A stretch of 64,000 bases of DNA, taken from positions 768,603 to 832,602 of the forward strand of contig CAVWCS010000005.1 of NCBI GenBank assembly GCA_963753525.1, read 5' to 3'. Positions 32,193-44,661 of this stretch are shown here, piece after piece. A model generated the notes under the pieces. The model was not told the DNA's origin, searched no databases, and saw only the letters and a list, made by a program, of their open reading frames with translations. The position numbers and the translations under genes are program-made. This DNA comes from an uncultured Actinomycetes bacterium (GTDB lineage Bacteria > Actinomycetota > Thermoleophilia > Gaiellales > Gaiellaceae). Position 1 is the first letter of the stretch, and the number at the start of each line of letters is the position of its first letter.

Positions 32193-34972
32193 TTGCCTTG
32201 GTTCCGATTCCGGAAGAAATCTTCCGATGACCAGCGCGCGGACAACGCGCGTGAGCTCGAGTCCAGGCCCGAGCCCGAGCTAGCCCCCGCTGCCGCAGAC
32301 GCGGCGGCACCCGAATCCAGCGATCCCACAAAGCCGAAGCGCCGGCGCGGCAGTCGCGGCGGACGCGGGCGCAAGAAGCCCGGCACCGCTCCCGCCGGCG
32401 CAACCGGCGCGGCCGCCACTCCCGAGCGGAAAGAAGGCGGGAGGCAGCCCGCCGGTTCTGGCCGCGCGTCGTCGGCTTCGCCGGCGGCGCCTGGCAAGCA
32501 GCTGTCGCAGCGGCAGGAACGCCGCCGCGACCAGTCCTCCCAGCAGCGCCGCCGCCGCGAGCCGCAGCGCCGCGCTCCGCTCCCCGCCGCGAAGCGCGAG
32601 CTGATCGTCTCGGTCGACGTCGGCGAGAAACGCGTCGCCGTTCTCGAGGACGGCCAAGTTGCCGAGGTCTATCTCGAGCGTCCCGACCGCCGCTCGATCG
32701 CGGGCAACATCTACCTCGGCCAGGTCGACAACGTTCTGCCGGGAATGGAGGCTGCGTTCGTCGAGATCGGCCTCGAGAAGAACGGCTTCCTCTACGTCGA
32801 CGAGATCGTCGGCCCGGAGATCGAGCGAGGCCACGGCCGCAAGATCCAGGACCTGATCAAGCGCGGCGAGACGCTCCTCGTCCAGGCGGTCAAGGATCCG
32901 ATGAAGACGAAGGGCGCGCGGCTCACGACCCAGATCTCGCTGCCCGGCCGCTTCGTCGTGCTCGTGCCGCAGGGCGAAGGGCTAGGTGTGTCGCGCCGGC
33001 TCGACGACGACGAGCGCAACCGGCTGAAGGACATCCTCAAGCGCCTGAACGTCAAGGAGGGCGGCGTCATTGTTCGCACGGCCGCCGAGGGCGCGTCCGA
33101 GGAGGACATCGAGCGCGACCTCGTCTTCCTGCAGCGGCTCTGGAAATCGATCCAGGCGCAGGCGAAGGCCGCGAGCGCGCCGGAGCTCGTCTACCAGGAG
33201 GCCGAGCTGCCGCTCCGAGTCGTCCGCGACCTCTTCACCGGCGACTTCGAGAAGGCGTACATCGACGACGAGCGCACCCACAGGCGGATCGTCGGCTACC
33301 TCAAGAAGACGTCCCCGCACATGGTCGAGCGCGTCGTCCGCTATCGCGAGAAGGCGCCGCTCATGGAGACGTTCGGCGTCGACCAGGAGATCCGCTCGAC
33401 GATCGGCCGGCGCGTCGATCTCCCGTCCGGCGGCTACCTCATCTTCGACTACGCCGAGGCATTCACCGTCATCGACGTCAACACGGGCCGCTTCGTCGGC
33501 GGGCGTGGAAAGAACTCCGGCGGACGGCTCGAGGACACGATCACGAAGAACAACCTCGAGGCGGTGAAGGAAGTCGTCCGCCAGCTCCGGCTCCGCGACA
33601 TCGGCGGGATCATCGTCATCGACTTCATCGACATGGCGAACCCGAAGAACCGCGCCGCGGTCGAAGAGGCGCTGCGCAACGAGCTCGAGCGCGACCGGAC
33701 GAAGACGTACGTCGTCGAGATCTCCCCGCTCGGCCTCGTCGAGATGACGCGCCAGAACGTCACCGACGGCCCGCGCGAGATCATGACCCGCAAGTGCCCG
33801 ACGTGCGGCGGCGACGGGATCGTCTACTCCGAGGCCTCCGCCGCGATCGACGTCGAGCGGCGCCTGCGCGCGCTCGCGGCAGGCTCGCGCTCCCAGGCGT
33901 TCCGCATCGAGCTTGCCGATCCGATCGCCAGCGCGCTCGTCGGCCCCGGCGCGCGGAGGCTGATCGAGCTCGAGGCGGTGACGAAGAAGCGGTTCTTCCT
34001 CTCCGGCAAGCCCGAGACGCACCTCGACCACTTCGTCGTCCTCTCCGAGGGCAAGCTCGCCGACCTCGCGCCGGCCACCTCGGTGGAGGAGGGCGCGGAG
34101 CTGATGATCGAGCTCGGTCGAGATCGATCGCTATGACGGCTCTGCGGCGGTCGGCAAGCTCCGACGGTCTCGAGGTCGTCGTCGCCGAGGCAGCGACCCT
34201 CGTCGGGAAGCGCCTCAAGGTTCGCGTCGAGCGCGTCCTCGACGGCCGCGCCTACGCGGTGCCCACGAGGAAGACGAAGGCCGCGGCCGAGCCGCTGACC
34301 GCCGAGGCGGAGGCCGAGAAGCCGACCCGCAAGCCGCCCGTGCGCAAGGGTGCCGCGGGCGCGACGACGGTCGAGGAGCCGGACGAGGACGTCGTGGCCG
34401 ACGCCGAGCTCGAGGACGAGCCCGAGATCGCGGAGGTCGCCGAGGTCGCTGCGGAAGGCGACGAGGCCGCTGACATTCCCGTGAAGAGGAAGACGAGGCG
34501 AGGCTCGCGCGGCGGACGGAACCGGAAGAAGACTCCGGCCTCTGCTACGACCGACGGCGAGGCTGCATCCGAGTCGGAAACGACCGTCACGATCCACCTG
34601 CCGGACGACGACCTTGGGCGCAAGCCGAAGGTCGAGAAGGAGCCTGCGGCGAGCGCGGAACCGGCGGCGGAGGCCGAGGAGCCGGAGGCGGAGACCGAGG
34701 TGGCCGACGGTGACGAGGCTCCGGCACCGAAGAAGAAGACGAGGCGTGGCTCGCGCGGCGGGCGCAACCGCAAGAAGAAGCCTGCTGCCGCGACGAATGG
34801 CAGCGAGCCGGAATCCGACGCGGAGCCGGAGCCTGCACTCGAGCCGGATGAAAGTGGCGAGGTCTCGACTGAGCCCGGCCGCGCTCCGGCGGCTGTGCCG
34901 CCGGAGCTTGCAGCCAATTGGGAGTACGTCCCCATGTCCGAGTGGGCGGACGAAGTCGAGAGGAATCGTTAG
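32193..34972 (+). CDS. rne: Ribonuclease E/G family endoribonuclease (RNase E-like) with Arg-rich N- and C-terminal segments; two apparent +1 frame breaks near 34116 and 34162
   Basis: TTG start 7 nt after AAGGAG. S1 and catalytic core: RELIVSVDVGEKRVAVLEDGQVAEVYLER..IAGNIYLGQVDNVLPGMEAAFVEIG....DFIDM. Zn-link: CPTCGGDG. ORF 32193-34136 ends ...ELMIEL. Frame +1 reads VEIDRYDGSAAVGKL. Frame +2 (ORF 33794-34972) reads DGLEVVVAEAATLVGKRLKVRVERVLDGRAYA..., followed by an acidic and Arg-rich tail. The gene length is 3n+2. Confidence 0.88.
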
Positions 34973-35015
34973 CTACACTGCCGATTCGCGGGCGTCGAGC
35001 CCGCGTTTCCACGCC

Positions 35016-35578
35016 ATGAGCGGCTACGCAATCATCAGTCTCGGAGGCAAGCAGCACCGCGTCCACGAGGGCGAGTGGCTGCTCGTCGACCGCCTCAAGG
35101 TCGAGGAGGGGAAAACCTTCCAGCCTCGCGTCCTGCTTCGTCGGCGGCGACGGCACAGCCGATCTCACCCCGTCGGTGACGGTCACCGCGCGCGTCGTCG
35201 GACACGAGCTCGGCGAGAAGATTCGCATCGGCAAGTACCGCAAGCGCACCGGGTACAAGCGGCATAACGGCTACCGCAGCCGCCTCACGCGGATCGAGAT
35301 CGAGTCGATCGGCGGGAAGGCGAAGGCTGCAGCCGCGAAGTCGAAGGCGGAGAAGGCAGAGCCGAAGGCGGAGAAGGCCGAGCCCAAGCCCGCGCGCAAA
35401 GGCCGAGACAGTTGCGACGGGGATCGACGTCGGCTCCATGACGATCGCCGACATCACGAAGGCCGTGGCCGGCTGGAGCAAGGCCGAGGTCGAGGCGGCG
35501 CTCGCGGCCGAGCAGTCCGGTAAGGCGCGCAAGGGCGCGATCGCGGCGCTCGAATCGGCACTCGAGGAGAAGGAGCTA

Positions 35579-35579
<1 letters not shown>
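35016..35579 (+). CDS. rplU: 50S ribosomal protein L21 with ~85-aa C-terminal extension; three apparent +1 frame breaks (about 35139, 35401 and near 35570)
   Basis: Frame 0 reads [41 protein letters not shown]. Frame 1 reads [87 protein letters not shown]. Frame 2 reads [62 protein letters not shown] at 35577-35579 overlaps the rpmA ATG but is in frame 0. The gene length 564 = 3n fits three 1-nt insertions. Assigning the tail to L21 is an inference. Confidence 0.8.
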
Positions 35580-37583
<2,004 letters not shown>

Positions 37584-37589
37584 AGACGC

Positions 37590-37943
37590 TTGACCTCTCT
37601 CGAACAGGCCCGCCGCATCGCCGCTCTCGCCCAAGAGAAGCTGGCGGAAGACGTCGTCATCCTCGACATGCGGCCCGAGTGCTCGTTCACCGACTACTTC
37701 GTGATCGCGACCGGGCGCAACCCGCGTCAGACCGCCGCGATCTGGGACGAGGTGCACGCGCGGCTCAAGAAGCAGAAGCTCCTGCCGGCGGGCGTTGACG
37801 GAGTGCGTGAGGGAGCGTGGATCGTCGCCGACTACCTCGACGTCGTCTTCCACGTCTTCACGCCGGAAGCGCGCGCGTACTACCGGCTCGAGGAGCTGTG
37901 GAACGACGTGCCTGCGGTCGCTCTCGACGCCGCCGCGGTCTAA
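37590..37943 (+). CDS. rsfS: Ribosome silencing factor RsfS
   Basis: 117 aa, ...KLAEDVVILDMRPECSFTDYFVIATGRNPRQTAAIWDEV...WIVADYLDVVFHVFTPEARAYYRLEELW, canonical RsfS, in the usual position after nadD. Confidence 0.93.
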   Translation: MTSLEQARRIAALAQEKLAEDVVILDMRPECSFTDYFVIATGRNPRQTAAIWDEVHARLKKQKLLPAGVDGVREGAWIVADYLDVVFHVFTPEARAYYRLEELWNDVPAVALDAAAV

Positions 37944-37985
37944 GTCGCTTAACGATATACCGGTCGCCGATATAGACTCACGGCT

Positions 37986-38300
37986 ATGGCGAAGCGCGAG
38001 ATCGCAGGCACCGCGACTCTGATCCTCTCGAGCCTCGCCGAAGGCGCGAAGCATGGCTGGGCGCTGACGAAGGACGTCGAGGAGTTCGCCGGCGTGCGGC
38101 TTGCACCCGGGACGCTGTACGAGGCGCTGAACCGCCTCGAGGGACTCGGCCTCATCGAGGCGTTGCCGAGCGACGACCGCCGGCGCCCATACCGGCTGAC
38201 CGCGGCGGGCGCTTCCGCGCTGGGCGAGCACCTCGCGCGAGAACGGAAGGTCGTCGACGTCGGGCTCTCGCGCTTGTCCGCGAAGTGGGGAGCGGTATGA
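37986..38300 (+). CDS. PadR family transcriptional regulator
   Basis: 104 aa, ...LILSSLAEGAKHGWALTKDVEEFAGVRLAPGTLYEALNRLEGLGLIEALP...RRPYRLTAAG, the winged-helix PadR signature. Confidence 0.9.
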   Translation: MAKREIAGTATLILSSLAEGAKHGWALTKDVEEFAGVRLAPGTLYEALNRLEGLGLIEALPSDDRRRPYRLTAAGASALGEHLARERKVVDVGLSRLSAKWGAV

Positions 38301-39271
38301 GCCGGGCGGAGAAGCAAGCGCGGCGGCTCCTACGCTGGTATCCGCGGTCCTGGCGGGATCGCTACGGCGACGAGTTCTCCGAGCTCCTGCGCGCGGACAT
38401 CGCGGAGCGGCCGCGCTCGTGGTCGCGCACGATCGACGTCGCCCGGAGCGGAGCCGCCGCTCGGCTCGGCCTCGGTGGCGCCGTCCACTCGCTCCCGTCG
38501 CGCGAGCGCGCCGGCGCGCGACTCGCGGTGTTCGCCTGCTCCGCGGCAGCCTTCGTGCTGTTCGGCACTGCGATCTGGGCGCAGCTCGCGATCGGCTGGC
38601 AGTGGTCGCGGCCGGCGACTCCAGCGACGTCCGCAGCGATCGTCGCGATGTCGTGCCTCCTTGCGGTTTTCGCGGCGCTCATGGTCGCGGGCGTCGTGCC
38701 CGTGCTCTGGACGGTTGTGTGTCGGTTCGCGACCTGCCGCGGCCGCGGTCTTGCCGCGCCGTTCGCGGTCTTCGTCACCGGCGTCGTCGTCTCGGTTCTG
38801 GGCGCCCGGCACTTCGCGGCCGGCTGGCCGGGGACCGGAGGACATTCGTGGGCGCACCAGCACCTGCTACCGGGTCACGTGGCCGCTCTTGCGTGGGCCG
38901 AGACGCTGTCGGTCACGTCTTACTGGGTACACCCCGGCGCGCTCCTCGGCTTCCCGCCGGACGAGCTGCTCTGGATGGCGGCGAGCCCCGTCGCGCTCGT
39001 CGCGGCCGTCACGGGCGGAGCCCGAACGATCCGCCGCCTCGAGCTGTCTCCTCGCGTCCTCCGCTTCGAGCTCGCGCTCGCGCGGCTCGCGTGCGGGGCG
39101 ATGATCGCCTTCGTCGCTGCGGCGTGCTGCTGGATCGCAGCGGGAGGCACAGGCCCGCGCAACCTCTTCCACATAGGTGCGATCGACTTCGCCGCGGTCG
39201 CGGCGATGGTCGCCGCGCTCCTCGTCGCACGGCGGGCAGGGGCGGACGCACGCGCGGCGCTCGCGCAGTGA
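38297..39271 (+). CDS. PadR-associated polytopic membrane protein (hypothetical)
   Basis: ATG 38297 overlaps the padR stop (ATGA). The N-terminus reads MSRAEKQARRLLRWYPRSWRDRYGDEFSELL. At least six hydrophobic segments follow. Confidence 0.55.
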   Translation: MSRAEKQARRLLRWYPRSWRDRYGDEFSELLRADIAERPRSWSRTIDVARSGAAARLGLGGAVHSLPSRERAGARLAVFACSAAAFVLFGTAIWAQLAIGWQWSRPATPATSAAIVAMSCLLAVFAALMVAGVVPVLWTVVCRFATCRGRGLAAPFAVFVTGVVVSVLGARHFAAGWPGTGGHSWAHQHLLPGHVAALAWAETLSVTSYWVHPGALLGFPPDELLWMAASPVALVAAVTGGARTIRRLELSPRVLRFELALARLACGAMIAFVAAACCWIAAGGTGPRNLFHIGAIDFAAVAAMVAALLVARRAGADARAALAQ

Positions 39272-40173
39272 CCCGCGGGCATTTCCTCAAGCTCGGGCTC
39301 GCGGGAGCCGGAACGCTTGTCGCCGGGGGCGCGACGCTCTTCGAGCTCGTCGAGCATGGCGTCCTGCCCGGAAAGCACACGCTCGACGTCATCGACGGCG
39401 CCTGCGATGTCCCGCACCCGCCGCTCCGCTTCTCGACGCCCGGCCCGTCGTACTCGAAGCGGTTCTACTCGCACGCGCGCAAACGTGCGGTCGGGTACAC
39501 GATCGCGTACCCGCCTGGCCATAAGCCGGGCGACCGCCTGCCGCTCGTCGTCATGCTCCACGGCGAGGGCGGCGATCACACGAGCGGAGTCGGCGGCATG
39601 TCGCCCGCGCAAGCCCTGGCTCTTCAGGTCGACGGCGCGCCTCTTCGGCCGATGGCGATCGTCACCGTCGACGGGGGCAGCGGCTACTGGAATCCGCATC
39701 CGGGCGACGACCCGATGGGGATGGTCGTGGATGAGCTGATCCCGCTCTGCCGCGGGCTCGGGCTGGGACGGCCGCCGCACGAGATCGGAGCGCTGGGCAC
39801 CTCGATGGGCGGCTACGGCGCGATCCTCTTCGCGGAGAAGTTCCCGCACCTCTTCCGCGCGGTCGCCGCGATCAGCCCTGCGGTCTGGACGAGCTACGCG
39901 CAGGCGAGCAGCGTCAATGCCGCCGCCTACGCCTCGTCGGCCGCATTCGCTGCCGCGGACGTCATTACGCATGCCCGCGCGCTCGCGGGGACTCCTGTGC
40001 GAGTCGCCTCGGGGAACGACGATCCGTTCCATCCCGGCGTTCTCGCGCTCGCGAAGGTTCTCCCGTCGGGCGCGATCGTCGAGCTGTCGGCGGGCTGTCA
40101 CTCCGGGTCATTCTTCCTCCAGCAGACACCACCGTCGCTCGAGTTCCTCTCCCGGCACCTCACGGAGTCGTGA
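39268..40173 (+). CDS. Secreted esterase-family alpha/beta hydrolase (esterase D/putative esterase type)
   Basis: GTG 39268 overlaps the upstream stop. A Tat/Sec-like leader reads TRGHFLKLGLAGAGTLVAGGA. Also seen: ...PLVVMLHGEGGDH... and the nucleophile elbow GTSMGGYGA. Confidence 0.75.
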   Translation: MTRGHFLKLGLAGAGTLVAGGATLFELVEHGVLPGKHTLDVIDGACDVPHPPLRFSTPGPSYSKRFYSHARKRAVGYTIAYPPGHKPGDRLPLVVMLHGEGGDHTSGVGGMSPAQALALQVDGAPLRPMAIVTVDGGSGYWNPHPGDDPMGMVVDELIPLCRGLGLGRPPHEIGALGTSMGGYGAILFAEKFPHLFRAVAAISPAVWTSYAQASSVNAAAYASSAAFAAADVITHARALAGTPVRVASGNDDPFHPGVLALAKVLPSGAIVELSAGCHSGSFFLQQTPPSLEFLSRHLTES

Positions 40174-40490
40174 ACGTGCCGGCAAAAGCCGACCGGATCG
40201 CCGGGAATACGGGAGTCCTTTCGCTCGCGCTCCTGGCGGCCTCGATCAAGTGGGCGCACCACTGGGGCGTGCGAGCGGATCTGCTCGTTTCCTGTTGGGG
40301 CCTGGCGACGGCTGGTGCGCTGTGGTTCTCCCTCCGATCTGTCCGCGCCAGCGGTGCGGCGTTCAAGGCAACGCCGGCCCTGGCCAAGCTCGGGATCTGG
40401 CTGGCCGCCGTGTCGCTGGCGGCTCTCATCGTGGCCGGGATCGCCGCCGCGGCCGGGATGGATCCGGCCGGCGCCTGCGGCGGCGGCTAG
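40170..40490 (+). CDS. Small membrane protein (hypothetical, 106 aa)
   Basis: 4-nt overlap with the esterase gene and three hydrophobic segments. No family recognised. Confidence 0.4.
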   Translation: MNVPAKADRIAGNTGVLSLALLAASIKWAHHWGVRADLLVSCWGLATAGALWFSLRSVRASGAAFKATPALAKLGIWLAAVSLAALIVAGIAAAAGMDPAGACGGG

Positions 40491-40520
40491 CTGTTGTCCG
40501 CCGTGTAAACTACAATCGCG

Positions 40521-40948
40521 GTGTACTCACCACCGATCAGAAGGGGACCAACGCAGAGACAGCCGTCGTGCACGAGGCGGTGAGGCTGGGGATCGAAGTC
40601 TTGAAGCCGGTGAACGATGGATGCCGGTACGACCTTGCGTTCGAGTCCGGTGGCGTATTACTGCGTGTCCAATGCAAGTGGGCTCCGAGACACGGGGAGG
40701 TGGTCGTCGTGCGCTGCTACTCGGCCCGCCGAAACCGCCACGGCGTGGTGCGCCGCTTCTACGGCGCGGAAGAAGTGGATGCGTTCGCCGCGTACTGCCC
40801 TGAGCTTCGTCGGTGCTACTTCCTTCCCATGGCCGAGTTCGCCGGGAGAACGCACATCCAGCTGCGTCTTCAGCCGGCGAGGAAGAACCAGACGGCCCGA
40901 GTCAACTGGGCTGAGGACTATGAATTCAAGGCTAGACTTGGCCGCCCA
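40521..40948 (+). CDS. PD-(D/E)XK endonuclease family protein (PF11645-like); start and stop unresolved
   Basis: Frame 2 of ORF 39917-41038 reads LTTDQKGTNAETAVVHEAVRLGIEVLKPVNDGCRYDLAFESGGVLLRVQCKWA...EEVDAFAAYCPELRRCYFLPMAEF...IQLRLQPARKNQTARVNWAEDYEF. This shows the D...(D/E)xK-type pattern YDL...VQCK. No in-frame canonical start lies nearby. GTG 40521 is 4 nt after a TACAAT -10-like hexamer but is out of frame. No in-frame stop occurs before the tRNA. Confidence 0.6.
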
Positions 40949-41021
40949 GGGGCCGTAGCTCAGCTGGGAGAGCGTTCGGCTGGCAGCCGAAAGGTCAGGG
41001 GTTCGATCCCCCTCGGCTCCA
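40949..41021 (+). tRNA. tRNA-Ala (anticodon GGC)
   Basis: GGGGCCGTAGCTCAGCTGGGAGAGCGTTCGGCTGGCAGCCGAAAGGTCAGGGGTTCGATCCCCCTCGGCTCCA. It folds as a cloverleaf with the G3:U70 identity pair, anticodon loop CTGGCAG and a T-loop GGTTCGATCC. CCA is not encoded. Confidence 0.93.
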
Positions 41022-41034
41022 TAGACTCCGGCTC

Positions 41035-41457
41035 GTGAGCCATGCGAGCGTCGAGCTTCTCCTCCGCGGTTACCGCGCGTTCGTCGCCGGTGATCTAGAG
41101 TCGCTCGCGGGGATGCTCCATCCCGATGTCGAATGGGTTGCCGTCGGCGAGGAAGCCGTTCTGGTCAGCCGAGACCGCGTTCTCGAGGTGCTCGCCGACC
41201 GCGTCGCCGAGGACTACAACGTCACCGTCGATCGCGCAATCGGGCTGTCGGATCGCGTCGTCGTGAGCATGCGCTTCTCGCGGGTCGAGGTCGATCCGAG
41301 CGACGAGCGTCCGTTGCAGAGCCGGCGCTCATACCTCCTCGGCCGCTGGGCCGGCATCGTCCACATGGAGGACGGTCGCGTCGTTCGGGTCGAGGAGTTT
41401 CCCCATCTCGAGGGGGCGTTGGAGGCGGCAGGAGTCGAGAGCGACGGGCACGTATGA
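41035..41457 (+). CDS. SnoaL/NTF2-like fold protein (hypothetical)
   Basis: 140 aa, ...LLLRGYRAFVAGDLESLAGMLHPDVEWV..., typical of the SnoaL-like polyketide cyclase / ketosteroid isomerase-like superfamily. GTG start. Confidence 0.5.
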   Translation: MSHASVELLLRGYRAFVAGDLESLAGMLHPDVEWVAVGEEAVLVSRDRVLEVLADRVAEDYNVTVDRAIGLSDRVVVSMRFSRVEVDPSDERPLQSRRSYLLGRWAGIVHMEDGRVVRVEEFPHLEGALEAAGVESDGHV

Positions 41458-41993
41458 CGCGCGTGCTCGTCACGGGGTTCGAGCCGTTCGGCGCACACGA
41501 CGTCAATCCCTCGGCGTTAGTTGCAGAGGCACTCGACGGCGTCGTGTTGCCCGTCTCGTTCGCTCGCGCGAGCGGTGCCCTGCGCGCTGCGATTGACGAG
41601 CGCGACCCGGAGCTCGTCGTCTGCTTCGGCCTCGCCGACGGCGCCACGGCGATCTCCGTCGAGCGCTTCGCGCACAACCTCGACGAAGCGGACGCGGTCG
41701 ACAACGAGGGCGCCGGCGGCAGCGGATCGCCGATCGACCCGAACGGACCGCTCGCTCTACCCTCGTCGCTTCCGGTGGACGCGATCGTCGCCGCGCTCCG
41801 CGCCGAGGAGATTCCAGCAGCGGTTTCGCGCGACGCCGGCGGTTACCTTTGCAACCACATCTTCTACGTGCTCATGGGAGAGCTCGGGCCGGGCCGAAGG
41901 GGCGGTTTTGTCCACGTTCCTGGCCTGAATGTCCTCCCGCTCGAGGTCCAGATCCGGGCCGCCCGGACGATCGTGGCGGTGGCTTCTACGTAG
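41454..41993 (+). CDS. pcp: Pyroglutamyl-peptidase I (pyrrolidone-carboxylate peptidase)
   Basis: ATG 41454 overlaps the upstream stop (ATGA). The protein reads MTRVLVTGFEPFGAHDVNPS...VVCFGLA...ISVERFAHN...DAGGYLCNHIFY...GFVHVP. The Glu-Cys-His triad context is present. Confidence 0.8.
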   Translation: MTRVLVTGFEPFGAHDVNPSALVAEALDGVVLPVSFARASGALRAAIDERDPELVVCFGLADGATAISVERFAHNLDEADAVDNEGAGGSGSPIDPNGPLALPSSLPVDAIVAALRAEEIPAAVSRDAGGYLCNHIFYVLMGELGPGRRGGFVHVPGLNVLPLEVQIRAARTIVAVAST

Positions 41994-42023
41994 TCGGTAC
42001 AATCCGTATACCTAGTTCACGGA

Positions 42024-44310
<2,287 letters not shown>

Positions 44311-44321
<11 letters not shown>

Positions 44322-44628
44322 GGACTGCCGGCCGTTGCCCGAGGAGGTCGCCCGTGCGGTCGACCTTCTCGGGCGACGCTGGACGCTCGCGATCGTGTGG
44401 GCGTCGGCGGAGGCGGGAGCCGTCCGCTTCAACGAGTTCAAGCAGACGCTCGAAGGGATCCCGCCGCGCACGCTCGCAGCGCGTCTCGTCGAGCTCGAAG
44501 CCGCAGGTGTGCTCGAGCGACAGGTCTTCGACACGCGACCGCCGCGCGTCGAGTATCAGTTGACCGAAGTGGGGCTTCGGCTCCGCTACGTCGTGGAGGC
44601 GCTCAACGTCTGGGCTGCCTCGGCGTAA
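44311..44628 (+). CDS. HxlR family (MarR-like winged helix) transcriptional regulator
   Basis: The in-frame ATG 44311 of ORF 44281-44628 overlaps the lon 3' end. The protein reads ...VARAVDLLGRRWTLAIVWASAEAGAVRFNEFKQTLEGIPPRTLAARLVELEAAGVLERQV....PPRVEYQLTE.G. Confidence 0.85.
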
Positions 44629-44661
44629 GCCGAGACAGCCCAGCGGTCGTATCGCCAGCCG

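Noticed and set aside
35438-35578. A genuine 47-aa N-terminal extension of L27, as implied by the intact ORF 35438-35866.
   Set aside because: The L27 N-terminus (AHKK...) must be free to reach the peptidyl-transferase centre. No Prp-like protease gene is present. A TAATG stop/start overlap exists one frame away. The length arithmetic fits one more 1-nt insertion. The question is kept open in the findings.
39917-41038. A 373-aa ORF from the track spans the esterase 3' end, the small membrane gene, the nuclease and the tRNA-Ala gene.
   Set aside because: Only its middle part (about 40526-40946) has protein-like sequence, the PD-(D/E)XK core. The rest is out-of-frame read-through of other genes and of a tRNA.
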